A stretch of 50,559 nt of DNA from Ilumatobacteraceae bacterium (GTDB taxonomy: Bacteria; Actinomycetota; Acidimicrobiia; Acidimicrobiales; Ilumatobacteraceae), in assembly GCA_016463545.1 (NCBI GenBank), contig JAEMRC010000001.1, forward strand, positions 1 to 50,559. Direction: 5' to 3'. The notes under the pieces are model-generated. The model saw only the letters and a program-made list of their open reading frames with translations. It was not told the origin of the DNA and searched no databases. Positions 9,602-20,674 of the stretch are shown here, one piece after another. The position numbers and the translations under genes were made by a program. Within the stretch, counting starts at the first letter, position 1. Each line of letters opens with the position of its first letter.

Positions 9602-10285
9602 TTAGTGTGTGCTGCCTCGGTTTGGTTCTTGGTCAAAATCTTCTACGTCGTCGTCAGCCACTGCTTGCGAGGGTTCCGGAACTCTGATTCCGTAGCCCAA
9701 CTCACCGCTCCAAGCCACGAGTCCTTCAAAATCTGCATTGCCAGACGGCGCTGTTGCACGCATCCAGCCAGATGTGTTGAGATCTTCGCCCGCACGCCAG
9801 TCTTCCCACGGCAAGTGCTGTGGTGAACCAGTGTCGTCAACTAACAATTCGTCTTTGGTATAAATGGCGTCGCGCCGATTAGTGAAAGAAAACTCAAAGA
9901 GCTTTGTCTCAGTGATGGCTTCGGTTGGACATGCCTCTACACACAAATCACAATGGATACAACGCAAATAGTTGATCTCATAGATAAAGCCAAATCGTTC
10001 GCCAGGTGATGTTGGGTTTGCGATGTCGTTATCAGCACCGCGCACATAGATGCACCTTGCAGGACAAACACCGGCACAGAGTTCGCAACCGATGCATTTT
10101 TCCATACCGTCTTCGTATCGGTTCAGAACATGACGACCGTGCAACCGCTCTGGTTTAGAAATCTTTTCGTCTTTTTTGTCTGAGTTCTTGCGCCGAAATA
10201 CTCGACCACCAGAATATTCAGTTGTCACTCGATTACGACGTCCGTGCTGACGCAACGTCACTAAGAATCCGCCAAAATAACCCAT
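9602..10285 (-). CDS. nuoI: NADH-quinone oxidoreductase subunit I (2x[4Fe-4S])
   Basis: 227 aa with two ferredoxin motifs, [12 protein letters not shown] and [12 protein letters not shown], and an acidic C-terminal tail. Confidence 0.92.
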   Translation of the reverse strand: MGYFGGFLVTLRQHGRRNRVTTEYSGGRVFRRKNSDKKDEKISKPERLHGRHVLNRYEDGMEKCIGCELCAGVCPARCIYVRGADNDIANPTSPGERFGFIYEINYLRCIHCDLCVEACPTEAITETKLFEFSFTNRRDAIYTKDELLVDDTGSPQHLPWEDWRAGEDLNTSGWMRATAPSGNADFEGLVAWSGELGYGIRVPEPSQAVADDDVEDFDQEPNRGSTH

Positions 10286-11511
10286 TAGAACATCACCCCA
10301 TCCCGTTTGCGTTCATTCGTACTCGTGCGTTGCGCCAACATCAAGAGGCCGTAACTCACCAACAGAACCAACGCAGTAGCTATCGTCACTACATAGCGAT
10401 CCCATCCCGCACTTTGTCCCACGCGTTGTGCCGCCAACAAAATAAACCATCCGAGCGATGCAGGGATCAAAACTTTCCAGCCAAGATTCATTAGTTGGTC
10501 ATAACGAAAGCGCGGCAATGTGGCGCGGAACCAAACATATATATAGAGGAAGACCAACACCTTGAGCAGCAACCAGACGGTTCCTTCGAGTGCGTTTCCG
10601 ATGATCGGAATATCAATTGTGGTTGATCCGACCGAAATGGGTTGTGGCCCGCCGAAAAAGAGCGTCACAATTAGCGCAGACATCGTGACCGTATTCATGA
10701 ACTCGGCAAGATAAAAGAGAGCGAAACGCAGTGACGCATACTCGGTGTTGAAACCACCAACGAGTTCTTGTTCGGCTTCTACTAAGTCAAAAGGTGGTCT
10801 GTTGAGTTCTGCTGTCGCAGCAACCATGAAAATAAAGAATGGAATAATTCCGGTGACAACGACGTTCCAGTTAGCAAGCGTGCTTTGCCTCGCAACGATT
10901 CCGCTCGTTGACAAAGTGCCGGTGACCAACACGACTGCAGCCACTGATAAACCTAAGGCTGCTTCGTAGCTCACCATCTGTGCAGATGCACGAACAGAAC
11001 CAAGCAACGGATACTTTGAGCCACTCGACCAACCCGCCAGCATGATTCCGTAAATCGCAATCGACGAAATGGCTAATGCGAATAAGATACCGATTGGTGG
11101 ATCGGCAAGTTGCACACGTGTCTGATGTCCGAACCATGTCACGAGACCATCATTGCCGCCACGGAAATCCCCACCGAGTGGAATAATCGCAAATGTCAAA
11201 AACGCTGGAACAAACGCTAAATAGGGTGCGAGTTTGAAAACAAATCGATCAGAACGCTCCGGAATCAGGTCTTCTTTAAAGAACAACTTGATACCGTCCG
11301 CCAATGTCTGCAAGATTCCGAAAGGTCCTGCCTTGTTTGGTCCGATTCGGTTTTGCATGCCTGCGATTACTTTGCGTTCAAACCAAACCATCAGCATCGT
11401 GGCCAATAGCCCTACGACAAAAACCACGACAACTTTTAGCAACACAATCAACAACGGAGTCCACAACAATTTTCCGGTCAACAGTGGATCAATCGCCAAG
11501 ATCTGCATCAT
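10285..11511 (-). CDS. nuoH: NADH-quinone oxidoreductase subunit H
   Basis: 408 aa, ND1-like ([37 protein letters not shown]). Confidence 0.92.
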   Translation of the reverse strand: MMQILAIDPLLTGKLLWTPLLIVLLKVVVVFVVGLLATMLMVWFERKVIAGMQNRIGPNKAGPFGILQTLADGIKLFFKEDLIPERSDRFVFKLAPYLAFVPAFLTFAIIPLGGDFRGGNDGLVTWFGHQTRVQLADPPIGILFALAISSIAIYGIMLAGWSSGSKYPLLGSVRASAQMVSYEAALGLSVAAVVLVTGTLSTSGIVARQSTLANWNVVVTGIIPFFIFMVAATAELNRPPFDLVEAEQELVGGFNTEYASLRFALFYLAEFMNTVTMSALIVTLFFGGPQPISVGSTTIDIPIIGNALEGTVWLLLKVLVFLYIYVWFRATLPRFRYDQLMNLGWKVLIPASLGWFILLAAQRVGQSAGWDRYVVTIATALVLLVSYGLLMLAQRTSTNERKRDGVMF

Positions 11512-13874
11512 GAGATATTGGCAATCTGTACATCGGTAACTCCGTTGGTCGCCTGCAACAACTCTCGTATATCGACACCCTTTTGGTTAAACGGCACAAA
11601 TGCAGTGCCGCGCGTGACTGCCACTGATGCGTGAACTGGCAAGATAACTGATCGCGTTGTGTTACTCACGCGCACGGACGAACCATCTTTTGCCCCAACG
11701 CGCTCTAGGTCGTGAGGATGTACAAACACTCCGGCACCGGGCGCAAGGGCAGCCAAAGATTGACTCATTGCGGTTCCGATTGCCTGATCGTACAACTTTC
11801 GAGCGACAACAAGTCTGAACTCGTATGCGTTGCGTTTTACAGCGGCATCATGATGAACTTGCAATGGAGAAATAGGTGGCACGCTGACCAAGATGCCATT
11901 CTTTCGCACGGCAACGCTCACGCTCAGTCCATCAAACCCTCCGACAGTTTGGGTGATGCGAGTCTGGATATCTTGGAGAGTCAAGATGTCTAAATCGTGA
12001 TCTAAAAGTGCAGCAAGTTCGACGGCAATCATCCAATCAGGGCGTGATGTTGCGTGCGGTGTGATGCTCTGCGCCACATTTGTGACACGGCCTTCTAAAT
12101 TGGTTGTCGTTCCATCTTTTTCTCCGTATGCCGCAGCCGGAAGCACAATGTCTGCATGCGCTGATGAGTTATTTAAGAACGTATCGATTGCGATGATGTG
12201 GCGGGCACCAGCAATACCGCGACGAGCAAGATCGGCGTCTGGAACATCGCTGAGAGGGTCTGCCCCGAGCAAGATGAGGCAATCAACTTTGCCATTGGCT
12301 GATGCCTCAAGAATCGCTGCAGCGTCAGTTGAACCACGTGGTGCAAGCCCCAACGACAACGCGCCGCGCACATTTGCGCGCCGCAGCACTGGCAACACAC
12401 TCACCTGAGAAACGGTTGTCGCAATTGTGTCAACCACGGCCATTGTGTGGTGAGCCGCTTCGGACAAATTAGATCGTCCGGCGACGACCACCACCGAACC
12501 ACGACCCAATTGTTCTTGCATCTCAGGAGTACTCAACATCTGTTGCACTGTCTCTGCTTGATGGCCAGGCTCGTACTGCAGAGATTTCCAGGCATAGCGA
12601 GTCAAGCCAGAATCATGAGTTGTGATTTCGATGATACGAATCTTTTTCTTTTCTGCCGCCCCACGAAGACGCAGGTACAAAACAGGGAGTTCTTCTTTGA
12701 GATCAGGCGCAAGCAAAATAACTGTTGCTGCACTGCACGCGTCATCGATAGTGGCGTTGGGGTATCCAAAAATCTCGGCAGGTAATCCATCATCAAGTTG
12801 GGCATCGCGCATGTCCACGCCAAGAGCATCTGCAAGTTGAGCCCATGCCCATGCGTCTTCGTTGGTACCGCGAGCCCCACCGAGTATGGCGATTGATCCG
12901 GGTTGAGCATGACGCAATACCCGTGCGGTTTCGTCAAGAGCCACTGTCCAAGATGCAGCCACAAGACCAGACTCAGTCTTTATGAGCGGTGTTGACAGTC
13001 GATTCGGAGAGTTCGTGGATTGGAAATTAAAACGACCTCGGTCACACAACCATCCCCAGTTGACTGGATCGCTATCAACACCTTGATAACGCAAGATCTC
13101 ATCACGGCTTGATTGCACAACAGTGCGACAACCGACCGAACATGTCGTGCAGGTACTTTCTTGTTGTTGCAGATCCCACGGACGCGCTTTGAATCGATAC
13201 GGCTCTGCAGTAAGCGCGCCGACGGGGCAGATCTGCACAGTGTTTCCTGAAAAATATGACGCAAATGGCTCGTCCGGAAATGTCATCACCTGGGTGTTGT
13301 TGCCACGATGCGTAAACGTAATGAGCGGGTCTCCGGCAACCTCGTCTGCAAAGCGCGTGCATCGATCACACAAAATGCATCTCTCGCGATCAAGAAACAC
13401 CAAACCACTGATTGGAATTGGTTTTTCGTAATGTCGTTTTTCTTCTACGTATCGGCTCTCGCCTGGTCCGTGACTAAATGCCTGATCTTGAAGCGGACAT
13501 TCTCCGCCCTTGTCGCAGACGGGACAATCGAGTGGATGATTTGCCAGCAGCAACTCAATCATTCCTTCTTGTGCTCGCTTGACGATGTCCGTATCGGTGC
13601 GCACGACTTGTCCCTCGGCTACTGGAGTCATGCAACTCACCACCATCATTGGACCGCGTGGTCCTTCGACTTCGACAAGACACTGACGACACATGCCAAC
13701 GGACTCCATACGAGGGTGATAGCAAAACCGCGGAATAAAGTCTTCCGTGCGATCAGCCGCAGCAATGATCCACTCCCCTTTGCGGGCTGTGACACTTTTT
13801 CCGTTAATTGTCATCGAGACAGCGTTTGGGTCAACGACGATTTCTGCTTCGTTGTGCGATTCAGTTGTACTCAT
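11508..13874 (-). CDS. nuoG: NADH-quinone oxidoreductase subunit G
   Basis: 788 aa with N-terminal Fe-S motifs (FCYHPRMESVGMCRQCLVEV; HPLDCPVCDKGGECPLQD; CILCDRCTRF) followed by a molybdopterin-oxidoreductase-like domain. Confidence 0.92.
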   Translation of the reverse strand: MSTTESHNEAEIVVDPNAVSMTINGKSVTARKGEWIIAAADRTEDFIPRFCYHPRMESVGMCRQCLVEVEGPRGPMMVVSCMTPVAEGQVVRTDTDIVKRAQEGMIELLLANHPLDCPVCDKGGECPLQDQAFSHGPGESRYVEEKRHYEKPIPISGLVFLDRERCILCDRCTRFADEVAGDPLITFTHRGNNTQVMTFPDEPFASYFSGNTVQICPVGALTAEPYRFKARPWDLQQQESTCTTCSVGCRTVVQSSRDEILRYQGVDSDPVNWGWLCDRGRFNFQSTNSPNRLSTPLIKTESGLVAASWTVALDETARVLRHAQPGSIAILGGARGTNEDAWAWAQLADALGVDMRDAQLDDGLPAEIFGYPNATIDDACSAATVILLAPDLKEELPVLYLRLRGAAEKKKIRIIEITTHDSGLTRYAWKSLQYEPGHQAETVQQMLSTPEMQEQLGRGSVVVVAGRSNLSEAAHHTMAVVDTIATTVSQVSVLPVLRRANVRGALSLGLAPRGSTDAAAILEASANGKVDCLILLGADPLSDVPDADLARRGIAGARHIIAIDTFLNNSSAHADIVLPAAAYGEKDGTTTNLEGRVTNVAQSITPHATSRPDWMIAVELAALLDHDLDILTLQDIQTRITQTVGGFDGLSVSVAVRKNGILVSVPPISPLQVHHDAAVKRNAYEFRLVVARKLYDQAIGTAMSQSLAALAPGAGVFVHPHDLERVGAKDGSSVRVSNTTRSVILPVHASVAVTRGTAFVPFNQKGVDIRELLQATNGVTDVQIANIS

Positions 13875-15271
13875 GAGGACACCCCGACTGCAGTTACTTT
13901 GATCATTGTTCTTTTTGTAATTCGCGCATCAAACTCTGACCTAAACAATGTCAGCGCAGAGTGCACTGGTACATACGCCGATGGTCCGACAAAACAAATC
14001 GTTGTCATCTTGTACGGGAAGGGAACAGCCGTCAACCCAAGTGCCTCATTGGATGCATGCGGGAAATCTCCAGGACAAATTGATTCACCGACTTCAATGA
14101 GTTGAGCCAAATCAGCATCTGTACCTTTGCCGTCAACAACGCGACTCAAGATGCGCTCAAGCCATGTGCCGCCTTCGCGACATGGGGTGCATTTTCCGCA
14201 CGACTCGTGCGCATAAAACCGAGTAAGGGTCAGTGCAGCAGCAGGAATATCAGTTGTTTCGTCCATCACCATGATGGCTCCAGAACCCAACATTGAACCC
14301 GCTGCTCCAACTTGGCTTCCTTCAAAAGGGAGATCCAGTTGATCAGACGTAAACCATGGCGCAGAACCACCGCCAGGAACAAACGCCTTGAGAGCATGAC
14401 CGTTGCGAATACCACCGCAGAATTCTTCTCCGTAAATAAGATCGCGAAATGTAGTTGTTCCGTTGACGATTTCATAAACACCTGGCCGTACAACATGACC
14501 AGACACCGCAACCATGCGAGTTCCAGGAGATGTTTTTGTGCCAATTGCTGTGTACGCATCGACGCCGTTGGTCATTAGCCACGGCAAGTTAGCCAACGTC
14601 TCAACATTGTTGACGATTGTTGGTTGGCCATAGAGACCATTTGCAGCAGGAAAGAATGGTGGCTTTAGGCGGGGCATTCCGCGATTTCCTTCGAGGCTTT
14701 CGATGAGTGCGGTTTCTTCACCGACAACGTAGGCACCCGCCCCCCAATGAAGAACGATATCAACCGAGAAATTGGTGCCCAGAATATTTTTGCCGACATA
14801 CCCAGCTTCATACGCTTCGTTGAGCGCTTCTGCAACGCGTTCTTGTGCGACTGCCATTTCTCCGCGTATATATAGGAAGCACTGCGACAAGCCAGCTGCA
14901 TAACACGCAATCAAACAGCCCTCAATTAATTGATGCGGATCACGTTCCATCAACAAGCGATCTTTATATGTGCCGGGTTCGCTCTCGTCACCGTTCACAA
15001 CGAGATAGCGCGGCCAAACTTCCTGCGGCGTTAATCCCCATTTCACGCCTGCCGGAAAACCTGCACCACCGCGACCCAACACTGTTGCGCTCTTGACATC
15101 GTCATGCACTGTTTGCGCAGGCCGTGAGAGCGCAGAGCGCAGACCTTGGTATCCGCCCGTGGCGATAAACCGATCGATCTTGTATGAATCGACATACTCA
15201 AAACGAGATGTCACAATCTTGGGTCGATCGCCGGCGATAAAGCCAGGCGCATGCAGATACGAACTTGTCAT
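13871..15271 (-). CDS. nuoF: NADH-quinone oxidoreductase subunit F
   Basis: FMN/NADH-site motif GRGGAGFPAGVKWG and N3 cluster motif ESCGKCTPCREG. The ORF track start is 15295. The ATG at 15271 (MTSSYLH...) gives an ATGA overlap with the nuoE stop and is preferred. Confidence 0.92.
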   Translation of the reverse strand: MTSSYLHAPGFIAGDRPKIVTSRFEYVDSYKIDRFIATGGYQGLRSALSRPAQTVHDDVKSATVLGRGGAGFPAGVKWGLTPQEVWPRYLVVNGDESEPGTYKDRLLMERDPHQLIEGCLIACYAAGLSQCFLYIRGEMAVAQERVAEALNEAYEAGYVGKNILGTNFSVDIVLHWGAGAYVVGEETALIESLEGNRGMPRLKPPFFPAANGLYGQPTIVNNVETLANLPWLMTNGVDAYTAIGTKTSPGTRMVAVSGHVVRPGVYEIVNGTTTFRDLIYGEEFCGGIRNGHALKAFVPGGGSAPWFTSDQLDLPFEGSQVGAAGSMLGSGAIMVMDETTDIPAAALTLTRFYAHESCGKCTPCREGGTWLERILSRVVDGKGTDADLAQLIEVGESICPGDFPHASNEALGLTAVPFPYKMTTICFVGPSAYVPVHSALTLFRSEFDARITKRTMIKVTAVGVSS

Positions 15272-15882
15272 AGCGCCGCCTTCCCGTTTAGCCACGCAGG
15301 TGACTCAGTGACCAACTCCGGAGCAACGACACCAACACCACGGTGAGACGGAATATGTTGGCGCACTTTTGCAACTGTTCCGTGTGGTGGAATCTCATGC
15401 GTCAATCGTTCTGCTGAGAGATCATCAATCAACTCGTCAAGATCGGCAGGGGTCAGTCGATAGCGATAGCGATAGTTCACCTGCAAGCATGGCGCTTCGG
15501 TGCACGCCGCCTGACACTCGGCGTGTTCGAGCGTAAACATTCCGTCTGGCGTGGTTCCGCCAGCCTTTATACCTAGGCGTTGTTCTGCGTGGTGCATTAA
15601 TTCTTCTGACCCCATCAGTGCGCACGACATGGTGCCACAGATGTTCACGACATATTTGCCGACAGGCTCGAATTTAAACATCTCGTAGAAAGTCGCTGTG
15701 CCGTAGACCTCCGCTGACGTGACACCAACAAGTTCGCCGATATGCACCATTGCGTCACGGGTGATGTAGCCGTCTTGTTCTTGAGCCAGATGCAGTAACG
15801 GCACAAGAGCAGATTTTGGTCGCGGATATCGACCAATGATCTCATTGGCAAGAGCGACGTGTGCGTCAGTCAAGCGACTCAT
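15268..15882 (-). CDS. nuoE: NADH-quinone oxidoreductase subunit E (2Fe-2S)
   Basis: 204 aa, thioredoxin-like ferredoxin with CGTMSCALMG ... CQAACTEAPC cysteines. Confidence 0.9.
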   Translation of the reverse strand: MSRLTDAHVALANEIIGRYPRPKSALVPLLHLAQEQDGYITRDAMVHIGELVGVTSAEVYGTATFYEMFKFEPVGKYVVNICGTMSCALMGSEELMHHAEQRLGIKAGGTTPDGMFTLEHAECQAACTEAPCLQVNYRYRYRLTPADLDELIDDLSAERLTHEIPPHGTVAKVRQHIPSHRGVGVVAPELVTESPAWLNGKAAL

Positions 15883-17222
15883 CGATCTACTTCTCCGAGT
15901 ACTGGATCGACTGATGAGATCACTGCCACAGCATCAGCGACAAGTCCACCACGCATCATGTGTGGCAAAGTCTGCAAGTTAATAAAAGATGGCGGACGAA
16001 TTCGCATCCGATATGGCTTGGCTGATCCGTCACTCACGATGTAGCAACCAATTTCTCCGCGGGGGCTCTCGATACCGACATACACTTCGCCTTCTGGCAC
16101 CTTAAAACCTTCGGTGAAGATTTTAAAGTGATGGATGAGCGCTTCCATTGATTCATCAATGCGGGCTCGTGGTGGTGGTGTAACTTTTTTATCTTGAATG
16201 CGATAGTCACCACTGGGCATGCGATCGACAATCTGATGCACAATGCGCATTGATTCGCGAATCTCATTCAGGCGAATTGCATAGCGATCAAAAGCATCAC
16301 CGTATGAACCCACCACGACATCAAAATCTAATTCTGCATATTTTAGATACGGCATGTCTCTGCGCAAGTCCCACGCCACACCTGTTGAGCGCAAGATCGG
16401 TCCAGTCGCACCGAGGGCGATTGCTTCGTCTGCAGTAATAACGCCGACTCCTTGCAGACGCTCGCGCCAAATTGGTTGCCCCGTCATTAAAACGTCGTAC
16501 TCGTCCAATCGTGGCTCAATTTTTTCGAGAATATCCAAGACATCGTCGCGCCAGCCAGCCGGAAGATCGGCTGCGAGTCCACCCGGACGGATGAAGTTGT
16601 GGTTCATCCGCAATCCGGTGACTTTTTGGAAAAAGCGCAAGACTTCTTCGCGCTCACGCCATCCGTAAAGCATCATCGATACAGCGCCGAGATCCATTCC
16701 GTTTGACGCCATAAACAAAAGATGACTACTCATGCGATTGAGTTCAGACAACAGCATCCGCATCCACACAGCGCGTTCTGGAATGTCTCCATCAATTCCG
16801 AGAAGTTTTTCTACAGCAAGCGAAAACACAAGCTCGTTGATGAGAGGCGATGCATAGTCCATGCGAGTGACATTTGTTCCGCCCTGCATGTACGTGAGTT
16901 GCTCACCAGTTTTTTCCATGCCGGTATGCAAGTAGCCAATAATTGGTTTGCATCGCAAGACGGTCTCACCTTGTAGTTCGAGCATGAGACGCAACACACC
17001 ATGTGTACTTGGGTGTTGTGGTCCCATATTGATGATCATGGTTTGATCTTCGCCAGCATCGTGTTTGATGTCAGCCAGTGCTGCGGCTTGAGACTCGCTC
17101 ATGCGCAAGACAGCACCAACTTCGCGCAGAACTTCTTTGGCTGTTAGTTGGCTCCGCGAACGAAGTTCTTGAGGTCCTTCGTCCGTGTTGGCCGCTGCAA
17201 AACGATCGTCGACAACGGTCAT
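15879..17222 (-). CDS. nuoD: NADH-quinone oxidoreductase subunit D
   Basis: 447 aa, 49-kDa-subunit-like (MIINMGPQHPSTHGVLRL ... SVDPVLGEVDR). Confidence 0.93.
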   Translation of the reverse strand: MTVVDDRFAAANTDEGPQELRSRSQLTAKEVLREVGAVLRMSESQAAALADIKHDAGEDQTMIINMGPQHPSTHGVLRLMLELQGETVLRCKPIIGYLHTGMEKTGEQLTYMQGGTNVTRMDYASPLINELVFSLAVEKLLGIDGDIPERAVWMRMLLSELNRMSSHLLFMASNGMDLGAVSMMLYGWREREEVLRFFQKVTGLRMNHNFIRPGGLAADLPAGWRDDVLDILEKIEPRLDEYDVLMTGQPIWRERLQGVGVITADEAIALGATGPILRSTGVAWDLRRDMPYLKYAELDFDVVVGSYGDAFDRYAIRLNEIRESMRIVHQIVDRMPSGDYRIQDKKVTPPPRARIDESMEALIHHFKIFTEGFKVPEGEVYVGIESPRGEIGCYIVSDGSAKPYRMRIRPPSFINLQTLPHMMRGGLVADAVAVISSVDPVLGEVDR

Positions 17223-17722
17223 GCTGGTGACCCTTTGAACTGCACAGGGATACGCCCAAAGTCATAGTCCTTACGCAATGGATGACCGTCCCAGTCTTCT
17301 GGCATCAAAATGCGAGTCGGATCTGGATGACCATTAAAAACAATGCCGAACATGTCAAAGACTTCTCGTTCGAGTGCTTCTGTTCCGGGATGAACATCAA
17401 ACAATGTGTCAATAGTTGCGTCATCTGCTGGCACTTGAACACGCAGACGTAGGCGTTCGTGCTTTTGCATTGACATCACGCTCACAACAACTTCAAAACG
17501 CTCTGGCTTGATGTCTGCACCTACAACTCTATTTGGCATCAATAAGTAGTCAACTGCCGTCAAGTCAACACACAGATCAAAGGTGTCATCAAGAAGAGCT
17601 TTCATCACAGAAACATATTGTTCACGCCCAACAAGCAAAACTCGTTGACCGAGTGAGACAATCACGGGACATCCGTGCAGTTCTTCTGCAGTCTTTTGCA
17701 CCTCAGTCATACCGTCGGACAT
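17219..17722 (-). CDS. nuoC: NADH-quinone oxidoreductase subunit C
   Basis: 167 aa, 30-kDa-subunit-like (EREVFDMFGIVFNGHPDPTRILMPEDWDGHPLRKDY). Confidence 0.88.
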   Translation of the reverse strand: MSDGMTEVQKTAEELHGCPVIVSLGQRVLLVGREQYVSVMKALLDDTFDLCVDLTAVDYLLMPNRVVGADIKPERFEVVVSVMSMQKHERLRLRVQVPADDATIDTLFDVHPGTEALEREVFDMFGIVFNGHPDPTRILMPEDWDGHPLRKDYDFGRIPVQFKGSPA

Positions 17723-17724
17723 TT

Positions 17725-18312
17725 CTACTTCGACCTAAAGTTGATAGATACACCGTTAGCACCGGCAGGCACTTCAAGGATGTGTACGTTTGCGCCACCG
17801 CCTTGCTCTTTTCGACGACGTAAAATGTTCTCGTCCTCAATAAGTTGGTGCAGAGTTTCGATTGCATGAATCAAGGTCTCGGGTGTTGGAGGGCAGCCGG
17901 GCGCATACACATCAACAGGAACAATCTGGTCTACGCCCTGCACGATGGCGTAGTTGTTAAACATTCCACCACTCGACGCACACACACCCATCGAGATGAC
18001 CCACTTTGGTTCCATCATCTGGTCATACACCTGTCGCAGTACTGGTGCCATCTTTTGACTCACGCGACCAGCGACGATCATGATGTCGGCCTGTCGTGGC
18101 GAAGCCCGGAAAACTTCCATACCGAATCTTGCCAAGTCATAGTGCGACGCACCCGTTGCCATCATCTCGATTGCACAACAGGCGAGCCCAAAAGTTGCGC
18201 CCCAACTTGACCTCGACCGTGACCAGTTGACGAGATCTTCAACACGAGCGGTCAAAAAGTTGTGCTCGAGTCCGCCTAGCCCGTCGTCAAGAACATTGCG
18301 TACAACTCCCAT
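17725..18312 (-). CDS. nuoB: NADH-quinone oxidoreductase subunit B
   Basis: 195 aa with [34 protein letters not shown] and APGCPPTPE, plus a C-terminal tail. Confidence 0.93.
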   Translation of the reverse strand: MGVVRNVLDDGLGGLEHNFLTARVEDLVNWSRSRSSWGATFGLACCAIEMMATGASHYDLARFGMEVFRASPRQADIMIVAGRVSQKMAPVLRQVYDQMMEPKWVISMGVCASSGGMFNNYAIVQGVDQIVPVDVYAPGCPPTPETLIHAIETLHQLIEDENILRRRKEQGGGANVHILEVPAGANGVSINFRSK

Positions 18313-18785
18313 TAGGCAGCAACTGTCTCTTTGCGACCTTCGTGACCAACGCGTTTGATGGTGGAAGAACTGGTGCGTGTGCTTGAGATTGCTCCTTCAA
18401 GCGAAGTATCAAGCGGTTTTTGTTTGTGAATTGGCCCCCACTCAAGGGCGCCGCGCGCGATCATGTAGACAAATGCAACAAAGAAAATGGCACTAAACGC
18501 GATCATCTCAAAGAATCCGTATGTGCCAAGAAACTCTCGATCTACTGCATACGGATATGTGAAAATGATTTCGATATCAAACATAATGAACAACATCGCG
18601 ACGACATAAAAACTCACAGGAAATCTCTGTGGTGGCTCTTGACTGGCGACAATTCCGCATTCATACGGTGCTTCTTTGGCAGAGCTTGGTCGACGAGGCG
18701 CAAATAATCCAGATGCAATAAAACTGATCGCGCCAAACAAAATAGCAACAACCATCAGCGCAATGATCGGAAGATACTGACCCAT
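18312..18785 (-). CDS. nuoA: NADH-quinone oxidoreductase subunit A
   Basis: 157 aa, ND3-like (EAPYECGI ... [17 protein letters not shown]) with a hydrophilic C-terminal extension. Confidence 0.88.
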   Translation of the reverse strand: MGQYLPIIALMVVAILFGAISFIASGLFAPRRPSSAKEAPYECGIVASQEPPQRFPVSFYVVAMLFIMFDIEIIFTYPYAVDREFLGTYGFFEMIAFSAIFFVAFVYMIARGALEWGPIHKQKPLDTSLEGAISSTRTSSSTIKRVGHEGRKETVAA

Positions 18786-18794
18786 TGCGATGAC

Positions 18795-19616
18795 CTAGGC
18801 GTCAGCCGTGTTGAGCGCTCGGCGATTGACCTCAACCAATTGATCACGACGATGCAAAAGCCAACACATCAGCGCAAAAATAAGTCCAGCGCCAAATGTA
18901 ATGAAGATTGCGGGTTGTCGTTTTGCTCCGAGATCACGAATCATCACCACATAGCGATGAGGCTGCGTCTCGTCAATAATTGGTCGTGCAGGAGCACGTC
19001 CTGGCTCTGTGCGCTGTGCAATAACTGGCGCAACTTCTACGAGCGAGTAATGGGGCTCATGCAAAAAAGCAAAGAAGTCGAGTGAGCCATTTATCTTGGG
19101 ATACCTTTTGCCACCACGGTCATACACTGCGACAGTTGCATACTCGCCTGGCGCAAACTCTTTCGTGAGATTTTGCAAAATGTCATCAGATGCCGCGGCG
19201 GCTTGCCCGCGACGAGGATCGGCTTCATCTAAGGTGATCCACTTTTGGGCCGTCAGGGCAGAACTAATTGTGGCAGCGGCTTCCATTGGTGATTGTCCCG
19301 TAGTCACGATGGCTGCGTCAACAACTTCGGCGCTACTCAACAGTGAGCCATCTCGCACAATCGTGATGGGGGCTGCGGGTTTCCATGTTGGCTCTGGACC
19401 TTTGAGCCCAATGCCGTAGATCCACCAGACGAGCGCCATCAACATCATCCATCCGGCCAACCCTGCCACCGTGATCATGAATCCGAGCCGCACACCCACA
19501 TTGGTGGCGAGCAACAAATATGTTCCACCGATCAGACACATCGCCATGATGAGAACTACCAGGATTCCGCGAATTTCTGGTTCCCAACCGACGGCCAACA
19601 GCGCCAACGACATCAC
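18795..19616 (-). CDS. Membrane protein of unknown function (two N-terminal TM helices, extracytoplasmic domain, C-terminal TM)
   Basis: 273 aa. Its start overlaps the cytochrome c stop (ATGA) and its stop lies 9 nt before nuoA. No motif recognised. Confidence 0.5.
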   Translation of the reverse strand: MMSLALLAVGWEPEIRGILVVLIMAMCLIGGTYLLLATNVGVRLGFMITVAGLAGWMMLMALVWWIYGIGLKGPEPTWKPAAPITIVRDGSLLSSAEVVDAAIVTTGQSPMEAAATISSALTAQKWITLDEADPRRGQAAAASDDILQNLTKEFAPGEYATVAVYDRGGKRYPKINGSLDFFAFLHEPHYSLVEVAPVIAQRTEPGRAPARPIIDETQPHRYVVMIRDLGAKRQPAIFITFGAGLIFALMCWLLHRRDQLVEVNRRALNTADA

Positions 19617-20674
19617 AATCCTCGCACGTATTCAATGATGGATGTGAGTTGGGTCTCCGTGTACACGCCACCGAACGCAGGCATTCGGCCGCTTCCTTGT
19701 CCCTGTTCTCCGTAGCGCTTACCTAACTCAGAACCACCCTTAATGAACTCCAGCATGTCGCTTTGATTTGGAAACTGACGCACCGCCGACCCGCCCGTGA
19801 GGTTTGGTCCAAATGCACCGCCACCGGTGACTTGTGGATCTCCGTATGAATATCCCTTGGTGTGGCAACGCGCGCACGAGTAACCACCGCCATACAAGTT
19901 GAGATTAAAAAATGCTTCTCCGAGCGAACCATACGTTCCGGCAGCAACGAGTCGCTCTGCTTCGTCTTGGAGTTCGGCGTTCTTGTCGATCGGTAACGTT
20001 CCGCCTGCGCACGTCTTGGGATCATCTTTTAGAAGGGCGCAGTTATCACGCGGAATCTGAATGCTCTTCATATATGAGATCAAGGTAGTGATCTGCTGAT
20101 CGTTCATTGGACCACCACCAATTGTTCCCCACGCCGACATCGGAGAGAACGGTCGTCCGTAGTTCAAGACGAAACGTATTTCCTCTTCAGTAAATCGATA
20201 GAGCACGGTGTTCAACGCAGGCGCTTTCCAGTTGACTGATTTGACTTCGCCTGTCTTTGGGTCTGTGATAGCAAATGGTGCGACTCCACCCGTTGCCTTC
20301 ATGCCACCATGACATCCGGCGCAGTTGAATCCGCCTTCTGATGTCGGAGCAAAAAGTCCTGCACCCCAATTCACGAATCTCTTATCAAAGCCAACAATCG
20401 CTCCCGCTTGCCGACTTGGTTCGAGCACCCAGTACAGCGGAAGTGCAACAGTAACAATAGCCAGGAAGAGAATGCCCAATAATTGAGTGCGCTCAATCTT
20501 GCGCCCCTCCAGAATCTCGTCGTCGTAATACTCTTTACGGTTCGCGGCAAGCTCAATCTCTGAGCCAACTTCTGCACGTGTTGCGCGCGCATTAAAGATG
20601 GCGTAGAGGATCCATCCTCCGACTGCAATCAACAAGATGACTGTTGCGATAGACGTGCTAACTGAGGAGATCAT
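19613..20674 (-). CDS. Membrane-anchored dihaem c-type cytochrome
   Basis: 353 aa with two CxxCH motifs (CAGCH, CARCH) and N-terminal hydrophobic helices. Immediately follows the Rieske gene. Confidence 0.8.
   Translation of the reverse strand: MISSVSTSIATVILLIAVGGWILYAIFNARATRAEVGSEIELAANRKEYYDDEILEGRKIERTQLLGILFLAIVTVALPLYWVLEPSRQAGAIVGFDKRFVNWGAGLFAPTSEGGFNCAGCHGGMKATGGVAPFAITDPKTGEVKSVNWKAPALNTVLYRFTEEEIRFVLNYGRPFSPMSAWGTIGGGPMNDQQITTLISYMKSIQIPRDNCALLKDDPKTCAGGTLPIDKNAELQDEAERLVAAGTYGSLGEAFFNLNLYGGGYSCARCHTKGYSYGDPQVTGGGAFGPNLTGGSAVRQFPNQSDMLEFIKGGSELGKRYGEQGQGSGRMPAFGGVYTETQLTSIIEYVRGL

Noticed and set aside
13308-14105. Long antisense ORFs opposite real genes. Examples: 13308..14105 (+, 265 aa) over nuoG/nuoF, 9188..9826 (+) over nuoJ/nuoI, 39206..39922 (-) over the MFS gene, 33363..33908 (-), 24238..24795 (-) and 1504..2034 (-).
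   Set aside because: Their translations are low-complexity or Arg/Ser/Cys/His-rich with no motifs. The opposite strand carries unmistakable family signatures in each case. These are shadow ORFs.
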